DNA of 60,530 bases, filler included, from 5 parts of 5 records of this genome joined end to end with filler, not necessarily neighbours in it; one strand, 5' to 3'; numbered from the whole stretch's first letter, positions 50,517 through 60,530 are shown. Notes: generated by a model from the sequence alone, not told the origin. Program-made: numbers and translations.

Positions 50517-51108
50517 CGATCTTTTAAAGAGATGGGCGGTGTAGTGTCGCTGCTAACCTCTATCTTCCTTGCCTGTAGTTATTTCCCAACTTGTTGACAT
50601 AATATAAAAAGATGAAAAACAACAGCGTCGTGGTCGGTGTGTGTTGTGGAGAAAAGTGTCATAAAAAAGTGACATTTTTTTTTAGGGAAAACAGACGGGG
50701 AAACTACGCAATAGAGGGCAATTAAACCATGGTGGTGTTTCGTAAGCTGAAAATGGAGCATATTTCAGTTAAGGGGAGTTGTGTTGAGTATTTTGGAGTT
50801 ATGCAATTGTTAGTAACTTGTTAATAACTTGTTCGATGTCCATTTAAGTTCCTGTTTATCTGTGTGTTAATGAAAATGCTTGGGAAAGAAACGGTAGGTT
50901 GGGGAGATGCGTCCTGAGCTGGCTGTATACACTGAATCTTTCATTATCCATGAATTTGTTAATATACTCTTGATTTGTGCCTTAAAATCAGTCCATATCG
51001 ATTTTGACCGGAAATGGGATTTTAGGTACATCAATGATCACAGCACAACGCAGATGTCCATGTAGTAAATCCCTATATATTAATATTAACAATATCAAGC
51101 AGTAAGGA

Positions 51109-52437
51109 ATGTATCCTATGATATGGAATGCGATCAAATCATCATTACTCTCTTCTTTGCCGGAAAGCGAATTCGGTTTGTGGATCAAGCCGCTGGAATG
51201 CCTGGAGCAAAACGAACAGAGTCTTGAGTTGGTAGGGCCGGATCGCTATTTTTGTGCATGGGTTGAAGATCGTTACCTTGATCTTATGAAAGGTGCTGCC
51301 GGTAAAATGGGCATGACTCCAGAAATAAAGGTGCGGGCTGCTGAGGCACCAGTGGTTAAGCGTAAAAGTAACAGCAAGGAGCAGCTGCGTCTTCCGGGCG
51401 TGGAAGTAAATCAGTCTCGCTACCGCTCCCTGCATCCAGCATTTACCTTTGATCAATTTATGGTTGGGGAGTCAAACGTTTTGGCGCAGTCTGCCTGTTC
51501 GGCGCTGGCCACCGGAGACAGGACTTATGGAAATTGCCTGTTCATGAACAGCACCACTGGGCTTGGTAAAAGTCATTTAACGCAGGCTGTGGTTCATGAG
51601 GTGCTAAACACTGCTCCTGCAACTCGAATGCAGTATCTTACTGCTCAGCAGTTTACAGCCGATATGGTGAAGAACCTGCGTTCCAATTCCATGGAACAGT
51701 TTTCCAAGAAGTATATCAATAGCTGCGATCTACTATTGGTTGAAGATGTACATACCCTTGTTGGAAAAAATAAGACCCAGGAAGAGCTGAATACTATTCT
51801 TGATTATCTGATTAAATCCGGCCGCCGGGTTATCTTAACATCTGCTGTTGCTCCCGGAAAACTTAAAGGGCTGGACGAAGATTTTCGCAGTCGGATGACT
51901 TCCGGTCTTGTAACCGATATTGTATGTCCAGACTATGAAACCAGAACTCGCATTATCCGCCATAAGCTGGAGGGCAGCAAGGTAAAGCTGGATGAGGAAC
52001 TTGTTGATTACCTCGCCAGAAGTCTGAAAGGGGACATTCGGCGGATGGAAAGCACCATTCTCGGGATCAAGGCCAAGGCGAGTCTTCGCCGTCAACCTCC
52101 CAGTATGGATATGCTTAAGGAGATTATGTCCGGATTCGTTTGCGCAGCTGAAGATATGTCTGCTACCGGTATTCGGGACCTGGTAAGCGAGCAGTTCAAA
52201 GTCAGTACCGATGATTTACGCTCCCGATCCAGAAAGAGAGCCATCACCTACCCACGGCAGATTGCAATGTATCTGACCCGTAAATTTACCAAAGACTCGC
52301 TGGCCGACATTGGTGGGATGTACAATCGTGATCATTCAACGGTTCTTTATGCCGTTAAGGTTATCACTCGTGATATGGCTCAGAAAAATGCCACTAAGGA
52401 GCAGGTAGATATGCTTTGTTCTAAATTGGAACACTGA
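51109..52437 (+). CDS. dnaA: DnaA-family protein, probably a second paralogue
   Basis: W-x-x-I...WIKPL domain I, FTFDQF, TGLGKSHL, TQEEL, PRQIAMYL, RDHSTV. Confidence 0.88.
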   Translation: MYPMIWNAIKSSLLSSLPESEFGLWIKPLECLEQNEQSLELVGPDRYFCAWVEDRYLDLMKGAAGKMGMTPEIKVRAAEAPVVKRKSNSKEQLRLPGVEVNQSRYRSLHPAFTFDQFMVGESNVLAQSACSALATGDRTYGNCLFMNSTTGLGKSHLTQAVVHEVLNTAPATRMQYLTAQQFTADMVKNLRSNSMEQFSKKYINSCDLLLVEDVHTLVGKNKTQEELNTILDYLIKSGRRVILTSAVAPGKLKGLDEDFRSRMTSGLVTDIVCPDYETRTRIIRHKLEGSKVKLDEELVDYLARSLKGDIRRMESTILGIKAKASLRRQPPSMDMLKEIMSGFVCAAEDMSATGIRDLVSEQFKVSTDDLRSRSRKRAITYPRQIAMYLTRKFTKDSLADIGGMYNRDHSTVLYAVKVITRDMAQKNATKEQVDMLCSKLEH

Positions 52438-52461
52438 GCACCTTTGCTCAGACTCTTTTGC

Positions 52462-52501
52462 AAAAGGAGTAGGTGGCGAGTGCCCCCTGCTCCTTTTTTT
52501 T
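52462..52501. terminator. Probable bidirectional terminator between dnaA and hemY
   Basis: AAAAGGAGTAGG...CCTGCTCCTTTTTTT between convergent genes. Confidence 0.65.
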
Positions 52502-52511
52502 AAAGTAGAAT

Positions 52512-53912
52512 CTAAAAATATATTCCCTTCACGTCTGCAGCTTCACGCTGTGCCTGTCTGGTCATAATCCGTTGGGCCATTTTCCGGCCTTCTTTGGTCA
52601 TGTCATTTATACCAATACCTTTCCAACCGAATCCGCAGATATGAAGATGAGGTTCACACTGCATCACTTTTTCCCGCCAGCTTAGCAGGTCGGTATAGCC
52701 GCTTTCCAGCTGTGGAATCCCATGAGATGATCGTAAAACCTTGCTGAAACAGGGGCCAGTCGGCAGATCCATAATTTGGCGAAGGTCTTGGTAGGCTTGG
52801 TTGATGAGGTCGTTATCGGACAGTTGAAGCCGTTTTTCATGTCGGCGTCCGCCCACCAACACTTCTACTATTTGATGGCCTTGGGGCGCACGACCTGGGA
52901 ACATATGAGAGGAAAATAGGGCACCCAAGGAGAACCGTTCTTCTTTTTCCGGAGCAAGGTAGCCAAAGCCAAAGGGCACCTGTGCTTCTTCTGTAAAGCC
53001 GAGCAGTACAGAGGCAATGCGGGCTTCTGGCAGGCTCGATAACGGCGGCTGCAAAGGTTGTGATCGTCTGAGTAGGGGAAGGCCTGCATTCACAGGAAGT
53101 GCAACAACTAGATCTGTACAGTTGTAGGCGGCAGCATCTGTGGTCACCTGCCAGTGAGCACCGATTTTGGTCAAAGAGGTTGCTTCGCTGCTGTACTGTA
53201 TTGTTGCTTTGTTACCAATTTCCTCTGCCAGGCGCTGCGGGAGTCTGGCCATTCCCGCCTTGAAACTGGTCATTGCAGGGAGGCCTTTACTTTTTTGGTC
53301 ATTTTTTCGCCTGGCAATCATCCTCTTTAGGACGCCGCCAATAACGGAACCATGCTGTTTCTCAAGCTCTCTGACACCAGGCATCACTGCATCGATTTTT
53401 AATTTATTAATGTCACCGGCATAGGTGCCGGTAAAAACAGCATCTGCAAAGGGGAGCAGAGCTTTGCCAAATCTGTATTCAACCCATTGGGCAACAGAGG
53501 GGCTGCCTGGCATTGGTGTTTTCCAAAGATCACCCAGTACCCTTAATTTCGATGGCAGAGAGATCAATGGCTGTTTGAGAATGCGGAGCGGTGTCTGGGG
53601 GATGCATTGGAGCTGACCCTCCAGGCATACGTAGCGGACAAATTCGGAAAGCGGTGTTGTTTCCAGTTCATCTTCCAGGGATGTGAAGCGGATGAGTTCT
53701 CTGCTAGCCTCACAGTTATCGAGAAAGCCGTGGGGACCCCATTCGGCCAGGTATCCGTCCTGGTGGTAACTACTGATGGCACCACCGCTTTGGTTAGCTT
53801 TTTCCAGCATTAGGATGCGTATATCCGGTTGCTGGTCCAGGAGGAAGGCCGCGGAGGAAAGTCCCGATATTCCGGTGCCGATGATGCAGACGTCGTAGAA
53901 TTGATTGTCCAT
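52512..53912 (-). CDS. hemY: HemY-type protoporphyrinogen/coproporphyrinogen oxidase
   Basis: IIGTGISGL, GYLAEWGP, GTYAGD, GFGYL, GIGIND. Confidence 0.88.
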   Translation of the reverse strand: MDNQFYDVCIIGTGISGLSSAAFLLDQQPDIRILMLEKANQSGGAISSYHQDGYLAEWGPHGFLDNCEASRELIRFTSLEDELETTPLSEFVRYVCLEGQLQCIPQTPLRILKQPLISLPSKLRVLGDLWKTPMPGSPSVAQWVEYRFGKALLPFADAVFTGTYAGDINKLKIDAVMPGVRELEKQHGSVIGGVLKRMIARRKNDQKSKGLPAMTSFKAGMARLPQRLAEEIGNKATIQYSSEATSLTKIGAHWQVTTDAAAYNCTDLVVALPVNAGLPLLRRSQPLQPPLSSLPEARIASVLLGFTEEAQVPFGFGYLAPEKEERFSLGALFSSHMFPGRAPQGHQIVEVLVGGRRHEKRLQLSDNDLINQAYQDLRQIMDLPTGPCFSKVLRSSHGIPQLESGYTDLLSWREKVMQCEPHLHICGFGWKGIGINDMTKEGRKMAQRIMTRQAQREAADVKGIYF

Positions 53913-54218
53913 GATCTGATAACAAAAATAAAATTTGAAAGAGGTGGTATGATTTGCTGAGTCTTGACAGTCAGCTAATCGTGCTTACCATGTTCGCCTG
54001 ATAAATGAAAGGTCCATCTTTTTGGGCATTCTGCTGGAAAAGCGTGTGATTTGGTGGGGATAGCTCATTGGATGTCGCACGCAGTTAATATCTTGGAAGA
54101 GATGTATTATAGAGTCGCCGTTGGGCCGCAACTGCCCTTTGGTTATGTGTCGGCACCAATGGCAATGACCTTGTTTTAATAAATAACATTAAAAAGTAGA
54201 AAGAAGAGGAATTGTATC

Positions 54219-56105
54219 ATGACTGAAGCACAGGTCGAAACCAAACAGTTTCAAGCAGAGACCAGGAAGGTTCTGGATATTGTTATTAACTCTCTGTACA
54301 CGGAACGAGATATTTTTGTGAGAGAATTGGTTTCCAATTCGGCTGATGCTCTGGAAAAATTTCGACACCACAGTTTGGTTGAACAAGTTGAATTTGATGC
54401 CCACGTACCGCTTGAGATCAATATCGAGTGTGATGAAGAAAAGAAGACTTTGACCATTACCGATACCGGTATCGGCATGACTAAAGAGGAACTGGAAACT
54501 AACTTGGGGACTATTGCCCATTCCGGTTCCAGTCATTTTTTTGAAGAACTCGCTGAGGCTGTTAAAAAAGATGTTAGCCTTATCGGTCAGTTTGGTGTTG
54601 GCTTTTATTCGGTCTTCATGGCTGCAAAACAGGTGAAAGTACAGACCCGTTCCTGGGACGGCAGCGATGGGCACGAATGGACCTCCGACGGTGGTGGTAC
54701 CTATACAATTAGCCAGTGCGAAGGACTTCACCGGGGTACCAAGATTATCATCGACCTTAAGGAAGATGCCGAAACCTATGCAACCAAATTTACAGTAGAG
54801 CACATTATTAAACAGTACTCCACTTTCGTTCCTTTTCCAGTAAAGGTGGAGGGGGCGACTGTGAATACGGTCCAGGCCATCTGGTCCCGTTCTAAAAGCG
54901 AGATTAGCGAAGAAGAGTATACCGAATTCTATAAGTTTATCGGTAATGCCTCAGACGAACCGATGTACAGGCTTCATTTTTCAGCGGATGCACCGTTAGC
55001 GATCAATGCGTTAGTATATGTACCTAAAGACAATTTTGAAGTTGCGGGCATGGGCCGGATGCAGCCAGGTGTTAATCTCTATTGCCAGAAGGTCTTAATT
55101 GACCAGCATAGTGAAAATATTTTGCCGGAATGGCTTCGATTCCTCAAGGGCGTGGTAGACTCGGAAGATCTGCCGCTCAACATCTCACGCCAGTCATTGC
55201 AGGACAATGCCTTGGTGTATAAGCTGCGCAAGGTGCTGACCAAGCGTTTTATCAAGTTTCTTAATGAGCAGGCCAAAAAGGATGCAGAGGGGTATCAGCA
55301 GTTTTGGAAGACCTTTGGTATTTTCATCAAGGAAGGCGTGACGTCTGATTTTGAGTTTCGCGATGACCTGGGCAAGCTGCTGCGCTTTGAATCCTCTGAG
55401 AGTGAAGCAGGCGCAATGATTTCGCTGGATGATTATATTGCCAGGATGAAGGAAGGGCAGGATAAAATTTACTTTATCAATGGTCCGAGCAGGGGTGCTG
55501 TGGAAAGCGGTCCCTACGTAGAGATGTTCAAGAAACGTGGAATTGAAATTTTTTACACACTTGAGCCAATTGATGACTTTGTTCTTAATCACCTGGGTGA
55601 ATATGACGGTAAAAAACTGGTTTCAGCCGATACCGCTGATATCCGTTTGCCTGAAACAACTGAAGACACTAGCTCCACAGAAGAAAAAGAACAGGGGGAG
55701 TCCTTGCCTGCAGATCAGGTAGAAGCCCTGTGTAAGTGGATAAAAGAGCGTCTTGGTGACCGTGTGCAGGATGTTAAATCATCAACTCGTCTGGTGGATA
55801 GCCCCGCAATGATCGTAAATGTGGATGGGTTTATGACCTCTTCTATGGAGAGGATTATGCAAGCTTCCGGTCAAGAGGGTGGTTTGGGGGCGATGAACTC
55901 CAAGAAAGATATGGAGATTAATGGTTCCAGCACCTTGATCAAAAAATTGGCTTCCCTTAAGGACGCAGATCCTGATTTTGCAGGGGTTATCGTCGATCAA
56001 GTGTACGATAATGCGCTCATCCAAGCAGGTTTAGTTATTGATCCTATGGAAATGGTCAGCCGGAATTATCGTATTCTGGAGCGGGCGGCAGGAGAAGAGT
56101 CGTAA
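54219..56105 (+). CDS. htpG: Molecular chaperone HtpG (Hsp90)
   Basis: RELVSNSADA, DTGIGM, IGQFGVGFYS, DSEDLPLNISR. Confidence 0.97.
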   Translation: MTEAQVETKQFQAETRKVLDIVINSLYTERDIFVRELVSNSADALEKFRHHSLVEQVEFDAHVPLEINIECDEEKKTLTITDTGIGMTKEELETNLGTIAHSGSSHFFEELAEAVKKDVSLIGQFGVGFYSVFMAAKQVKVQTRSWDGSDGHEWTSDGGGTYTISQCEGLHRGTKIIIDLKEDAETYATKFTVEHIIKQYSTFVPFPVKVEGATVNTVQAIWSRSKSEISEEEYTEFYKFIGNASDEPMYRLHFSADAPLAINALVYVPKDNFEVAGMGRMQPGVNLYCQKVLIDQHSENILPEWLRFLKGVVDSEDLPLNISRQSLQDNALVYKLRKVLTKRFIKFLNEQAKKDAEGYQQFWKTFGIFIKEGVTSDFEFRDDLGKLLRFESSESEAGAMISLDDYIARMKEGQDKIYFINGPSRGAVESGPYVEMFKKRGIEIFYTLEPIDDFVLNHLGEYDGKKLVSADTADIRLPETTEDTSSTEEKEQGESLPADQVEALCKWIKERLGDRVQDVKSSTRLVDSPAMIVNVDGFMTSSMERIMQASGQEGGLGAMNSKKDMEINGSSTLIKKLASLKDADPDFAGVIVDQVYDNALIQAGLVIDPMEMVSRNYRILERAAGEES

Positions 56106-56201
56106 CAGCATGAACAGAAACTGATTATACGCGGTGCCATGACCGTATCAGCCAGGTTATGATTACGGCACCAAGTGGGGTAACCCTACTCTTGGCTTGA
56201 A

Positions 56202-56247
56202 AAAAGGTTGTGTTCACGATATATGAACACAACCTTTTCTTTTTTTT
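56202..56247 (+). terminator. Rho-independent terminator after htpG
   Basis: 15-bp stem AAAAGGTTGTGTTCA / TGAACACAACCTTTT followed by a T run. Confidence 0.82.
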
Positions 56248-56335
56248 ATTATCAATGTGTTGAAATGGCAAAGGTCGTTCTTTTTAAAGGTCTTGAATGT
56301 TTACTCTGATTTAAGGAGCAAACAAGGAGGTGGTT

Positions 56336-56710
56336 GTGCGATATTTTCTCATGATTGTGGCAGTATTGCTGTTGTTGTCCGGCTGCCAGTCCAAAGAGGT
56401 GCGGCATCTTGCATCAGATGCGTCACTGATCAAGCCCGGCGTCACAACACTAAACGATGTACAGGTGTATCTTGGCGAGCCAAACGGACATCGCCAGATC
56501 TCGCCGGTTGAGGTTGAGTATATATACTATGAAGACCTACCAGGTTTTATGGGGCATACACCGGTGATCAGCTCTTGGATGGATGCAGAAGGATATGAAA
56601 TGATAGTTATAACTTTGAAAAATGAAGTGGTAACCCGCTGCGAATTTCGAACCTTCAGTGAGGCTGATCAGGGTTGGATTGATGATTTCACTTGGGAAGA
56701 AGTCAAGTGA
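56336..56710 (+). CDS. Small lipoprotein (SmpA/BamE-like)
   Basis: SD AAGGAGG and GTG 56336; lipobox LSGC; IKPG-x-TT-x-x-DV-x-x-x-LGEP. Confidence 0.7.
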   Translation: MRYFLMIVAVLLLLSGCQSKEVRHLASDASLIKPGVTTLNDVQVYLGEPNGHRQISPVEVEYIYYEDLPGFMGHTPVISSWMDAEGYEMIVITLKNEVVTRCEFRTFSEADQGWIDDFTWEEVK

Positions 56711-57375
56711 ATTCTCCCTCTACATTTGATATTTATCGTCAACGCATGGTGGAAGAGCAGTTGGTTCCTCGGGGCATTCAGGATCAACGAGTGCTTGATG
56801 CGATGGGGTCGGTTCCACGGCATCTGTTTGTTGAAGATGCCATGCAGGCAAGCGCATACAGTGATTTTCCTCTTCCCATAGGCAGTGGGCAAACTATTTC
56901 CCAGCCGTATATTGTGGCATTAATGACTGAGACCCTGCAGTTAAAGGGTGGGGAACGGGTATTAGAGATTGGCACCGGTTCCGGCTATCAGGCGGCTGTG
57001 CTGTCCAGGCTTTGTGAACGGGTGTACACGGTGGAGCGCATTGACAGTTTATTGGGAAGAGCCCGAAAAGTCTTTGATAAACTGCGTTACCATAATATCG
57101 TTTCCCGGATTGATGACGGTACAGTGGGGTGGGCCGATCAGGCGCCTTTTGATGCGATTGTCGTTACTGCCGGTGGTCCGGTAGTACCGCAGCCTCTCCT
57201 GGACCAGCTTACAGATAGCGGCCGGTTGGTGATTCCGGTAGGCGATCATCACGTGCAGGAACTCCAACTAGTGACTAAAGAGGAAGGGGAAATCATGGTA
57301 CAGCTGATTGAGCATGTACGTTTTGTGGATTTAATCGGTGCCCATGGGTGGCAAGGTTCCAATGGGCGATCGTAA
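56707..57375 (+). CDS. pcm: Protein-L-isoaspartate O-methyltransferase
   Basis: VPRHLFV, GQTISQPY, VLEIGTGSGYQAA, APFDAI. Confidence 0.95.
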   Translation: MNSPSTFDIYRQRMVEEQLVPRGIQDQRVLDAMGSVPRHLFVEDAMQASAYSDFPLPIGSGQTISQPYIVALMTETLQLKGGERVLEIGTGSGYQAAVLSRLCERVYTVERIDSLLGRARKVFDKLRYHNIVSRIDDGTVGWADQAPFDAIVVTAGGPVVPQPLLDQLTDSGRLVIPVGDHHVQELQLVTKEEGEIMVQLIEHVRFVDLIGAHGWQGSNGRS

Positions 57376-57964
57376 ATTGTCTTTACTCCAGCGGCTTTAT
57401 AATCGGTGCATGCAGTGGATCCAGACACCTGCCGGTGTGTGGGCTCTTTTTCTTATTGCAGTGGCCGAGTCATCCTTTTTTCCGATTCCCCCTGATATCT
57501 TTTTGATAGCACTTTGTGTCGGCGCACCGCAGAAATCCTTTAAATTTGCCGCAATTTGTGCCGTCGGGTCTGTCATCGGTGGCGCTATTGGCTACGGGCT
57601 GGGCATGGGATTTATGGATACCCTTGGTCAACCGATTCTTGATATGTACGGCCTCCAGGATAAATATGCCACTGTCCAGGGGCTTTACCAGCAATACGAT
57701 GCATGGGCTGTTGGGGCGGCTGGGTTTACTCCTTTACCTTACAAATTGTTTACCATCACTGCCGGTGCCTTTAAAATTAACTTCCTGACCTTTATGTTTA
57801 TGTCGATTCTGGCAAGGTCAGCCCGGTTTTTTCTTGTTGCCGGTCTTATTTACAAGTTTGGGGCTCCAGTACAGCATTTTATTAATCGGTATTTTAATAT
57901 TCTCACCATCGTTTTTCTTGTATTATTAATTGGTGGATTTATCCTGATTAAGGTGCTGCTGTAG
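57362..57964 (+). CDS. YqaA/DedA-family membrane protein
   Basis: ESSFFPIPPD, GFTPLPYKLF, RSARFF. Confidence 0.9.
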   Translation: MGDRKLSLLQRLYNRCMQWIQTPAGVWALFLIAVAESSFFPIPPDIFLIALCVGAPQKSFKFAAICAVGSVIGGAIGYGLGMGFMDTLGQPILDMYGLQDKYATVQGLYQQYDAWAVGAAGFTPLPYKLFTITAGAFKINFLTFMFMSILARSARFFLVAGLIYKFGAPVQHFINRYFNILTIVFLVLLIGGFILIKVLL

Positions 57965-58053
57965 ACTCAGCTGGTTTCTGATGTTCCCTCAAGAGTGGCT
58001 TGCGTAGGCTGCGTGTTGCCAATCCATTCTGCATTTCCTTTTTAGGGCAAAGT

Positions 58054-59874
58054 ATGAGCTTTTTAAATAGCGATAAACTGTTAGATCTTCTTGTAGAAGA
58101 CGGGCTGCTGAGTACAGAACAGCGACGGTTTGTCACTTTAGAAAAGGGAAAGCAACGCCAGAAATTACTCCGTCTGGCCGGAGGGCGGCGCCAAGAAGAC
58201 TCGCAGAAGTTGGAAAAGGGGTATCCTGACCTGGTTGCCGTTGTCGCATCGCTGAATCTTGAAATCCTCGGATCTGAGGGCGAGCTGCTCAGCGAAGAAA
58301 TGATAATGCGTGCGGTTGGACGTAAGCTTAAAATTCCCTTTAAAAAGCTTGATCCGCTGGAACTGGATATGGAGGTTGTGACCAAAACTATCCCCAGATC
58401 CTTTGCTCTCAATCATCTTATTTTGCCCTTTGGCCTACGCAACGGTATCCTTGAAGTTGTCACTTATAACCCAGACAAACGTGGACCTCTTGCCGATATA
58501 GAGCGGGCTAACCAAGTTAAAATAAGGGCATTTCTTTCTACCCGTACCGATATTAAAAAGATACTGGCCGAATTTTTTGGGTTTCAGCGTTCTATAACTG
58601 CTGCAGAAAGTCAATTTAGTGGAACCGGAACAAGTACCACGGTTGATATCGGCAATTTAGAACAGTATGTGCGTCTTAGTTCCAGCAAGGAACTGACCTC
58701 TACCGACCAGCATATTAAAGCGGCTGTTAATCATCTCTTTAACTATGCATTGGAGCAGCGGGCAAGCGATATTCATATAGAACCCAAAAGAGATGCGTGC
58801 ATGATTCGTTTTAGAATAGACGGGTTGCTGCATACCATCTATAAATTGCCCAAAGCCGTGCATTCTGCCATTACTTCGCGGGTCAAATCCCTGGCGAGGA
58901 TGGATATTGCGGAAAAGAGACGACCCCAGGACGGCCGCATCAAGATTGGGCGCAGGGAAGAAGAAGGTGAGGCCGAGGTACGAGTATCAACGGTTCCGGT
59001 TGCCTTTGGCGAAAAGACAGTTATGCGGATCCTGGATTCAGACGTTATTTTTCAAGATTTGGATGGGTTGGGATTTTCGCGGCGTGACCGGGTAGTGTAC
59101 AATAACTTTATGTCCTCCCCACATGGGATCGTTTTGGTCACCGGGCCTACCGGAAGTGGTAAGTCCACCACGCTTTATTCCACCCTTAAGCAGATTGCGA
59201 GCCCGGACAGAAATATTATCACCGTTGAAGACCCGGTGGAGATGGTCCACGAGGAGTTCAACCAGATAGCAGTGCAGGAGCAGATTGATGTAACCTTTTC
59301 CAATATTTTGCGTAATATTCTTCGTCAGGATCCAGATATTATCATGATTGGTGAAATTCGTGATTTGGATACGGCCACGTATGCGGTACAGGCCGCTTTA
59401 ACAGGTCACCTGGTATTTTCCACTCTGCACACCAATGACGCTGTATCCACGATTATCCGGTTGGAAGATTTGGGGCTGGAACCTTTTTTGATCGGATCTA
59501 CCATGCTTGGCGCACTGGCGCAGAGATTGGTGCGGAAGATTTGTCCCAACTGTACGGAATCGTATGAGGTTGAGGCGCCTGAACTGCAAAAAATGGGTTT
59601 TCCTGTGGGTGACAAAAGGGTTTTTGAACTGCAGCGGGGGATAGGTTGTCGTCATTGTCGTGGGACCGGTTATTATGGGCGCATTGGCATTTTTGAAATA
59701 TTTCCCATGTCAGAACAATTAAAGGGACTAGTTTCTTCCAGATCGACAGCTGACGAATTACGCCAGATCGCCATACGCGAGGGTATGTCTACCCTTCGAG
59801 AGGATGCCTGGCGCAAGGTGCAAAGCGGGTTGACAACCATCGAAGAAGCGTTACGGGTAACCAGAGATGTGTAG
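58054..59874 (+). CDS. GspE/PilB-family secretion or pilus assembly ATPase
   Basis: RASDIHIEP, GPTGSGKSTT, EDPVE, LRQDPD, STLHTND, CxxC...CxxC. Confidence 0.93.
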   Translation: MSFLNSDKLLDLLVEDGLLSTEQRRFVTLEKGKQRQKLLRLAGGRRQEDSQKLEKGYPDLVAVVASLNLEILGSEGELLSEEMIMRAVGRKLKIPFKKLDPLELDMEVVTKTIPRSFALNHLILPFGLRNGILEVVTYNPDKRGPLADIERANQVKIRAFLSTRTDIKKILAEFFGFQRSITAAESQFSGTGTSTTVDIGNLEQYVRLSSSKELTSTDQHIKAAVNHLFNYALEQRASDIHIEPKRDACMIRFRIDGLLHTIYKLPKAVHSAITSRVKSLARMDIAEKRRPQDGRIKIGRREEEGEAEVRVSTVPVAFGEKTVMRILDSDVIFQDLDGLGFSRRDRVVYNNFMSSPHGIVLVTGPTGSGKSTTLYSTLKQIASPDRNIITVEDPVEMVHEEFNQIAVQEQIDVTFSNILRNILRQDPDIIMIGEIRDLDTATYAVQAALTGHLVFSTLHTNDAVSTIIRLEDLGLEPFLIGSTMLGALAQRLVRKICPNCTESYEVEAPELQKMGFPVGDKRVFELQRGIGCRHCRGTGYYGRIGIFEIFPMSEQLKGLVSSRSTADELRQIAIREGMSTLREDAWRKVQSGLTTIEEALRVTRDV

Positions 59875-59921
59875 AGTAGGAGTGGATTTTTTGCTAAATT
59901 ATAGTTGGACAGAAGAGAGGC

Positions 59922-60377
59922 ATGGGAATTAACGTAGTCTGTAAAAACAAAAAAGCGTATCACGATTATCATATCGATCAAACCTTTGAAGCGGGTATTG
60001 TGCTTAAAGGGCCGGAAGTGAAATCGTTACGAGCTGGAAAGGGAAACCTTCGTGATGGGTATGCCCAGATGCGAAATGGTGAGCTGTTTCTGTATAATGT
60101 GCATATCTCTGCTTACTCTTTTGCCACCGATATGGTACAGGACCCCCTGCGGGTTAGAAAATTGCTGCTCCATAAAAGGGAGCTGCGCAAATTAATTGGT
60201 AAATTGCACGAGAAGGGGATTGCGCTTATCCCGCTTAAGATATACTTTATAGGGAATGGGAAGGCCAAAGTTGAAATGGGCCTTGCCCGTGGTAAAAAAC
60301 TCTTTGATAAGAGAGCATCATTAAAAGAAAAGCAGTCAAAGCGTGATATAGATCGCGATATGCGGCGCGGCGACTGA
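59922..60377 (+). CDS. smpB: SsrA-binding protein SmpB
   Basis: [38 protein letters not shown]. Confidence 0.97.
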   Translation: MGINVVCKNKKAYHDYHIDQTFEAGIVLKGPEVKSLRAGKGNLRDGYAQMRNGELFLYNVHISAYSFATDMVQDPLRVRKLLLHKRELRKLIGKLHEKGIALIPLKIYFIGNGKAKVEMGLARGKKLFDKRASLKEKQSKRDIDRDMRRGD

Positions 60378-60418
60378 AATATTGTTAAAATCAAATCTAT
60401 TAACAATTTTTAATATAT

Positions 60419-60530
60419 GGGGACGAAACGGATTCGACGGGGATATTGAAGCTTATTGTTGCATGTCGAGTTGCTGTCAGCTCGTAAAATTGACGGATTT
60501 TAAATATAATCGCAGACGATTATAACTACG
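60419..60530 (+). ncRNA. ssrA: tmRNA, 5' part (runs off the window)
   Basis: 5' GGGGACGAAACGGATTCGAC directly after smpB; resume codon GCA at 60512 gives tag (A)ADDYNY... Confidence 0.93.

Noticed and set aside
50517-51108. Calling this region oriC
   Set aside because: No perfect DnaA boxes found and no dnaN/gyrB/rpmH context; kept only as a low-confidence finding.
58054-59874. Stand-alone GspE/PilB ATPase as a sign of a novel secretion system
   Set aside because: No pilin, platform or secretin genes nearby; orphan paralogues of this family are common in this group.
1-60530. CRISPR arrays, tRNA or rRNA genes, prophage, reverse transcriptase or defence systems
   Set aside because: No repeat-spacer arrays or diagnostic motifs seen; only the tmRNA 5' end and the hipBA remnant.

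Overview
The window is not one locus. It is five unrelated contigs joined by artificial 100-nt spacers (N44-TTAATTAATTAA-N44 at 7554-7653, 15414-15513, 32806-32905 and 43765-43864). Composition and gene content differ between contigs, suggesting several anaerobic, probably sediment or marine, bacteria. (A) 1-7553: end of a GltS-like symporter, a Tat-exported amidohydrolase, and a MacAB-TolC-type efflux operon divergent from an ECF sigma/anti-sigma operon, with two back-to-back ECF-type promoters. (B) 7654-15413, AT-rich: O-antigen-ligase/TPR protein, ymdB-like, rny, 5-formyl-THF cyclo-ligase, rseP, and a tsaB-DUF465 in-frame fusion. (C) 15514-32805, Desulfobacterota-like accessory region: decayed IS630, IS5, IS1595 and IS200 elements, two hybrid histidine kinases, and a RIT-like integrase remnant. 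It also holds a 7.5-kb module bracketed by 36-bp imperfect direct repeats: TetR, AcuI/YhdH, PAS-LuxR, a signal-less flavoprotein, a Tat flavoprotein and a tetraheme cytochrome c. (D) 32906-43764, GC-rich and Spirochaetales-like: decayed hipBA with three intact operators, plus a fucose-glycan locus (GH151-like and GH29 fucosidases, ABC transporter, YesMN-like two-component system, AraC). (E) 43865-60530, Desulfobulbales-like core genes: mfd, bamA, plsC, comF, an orphan dnaA paralogue, hemY, htpG, pcm, yqaA, a GspE/PilB ATPase, smpB and the 5' part of tmRNA. The best candidate for a new system is the contig C module. It looks like acrylate-type enoate respiration coupled to acryloyl-CoA detoxification, with a cytoplasmic reductase paralogue possibly acting as co-sensor for the LuxR regulator. 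This is inference from motifs and gene context; no searches were run.
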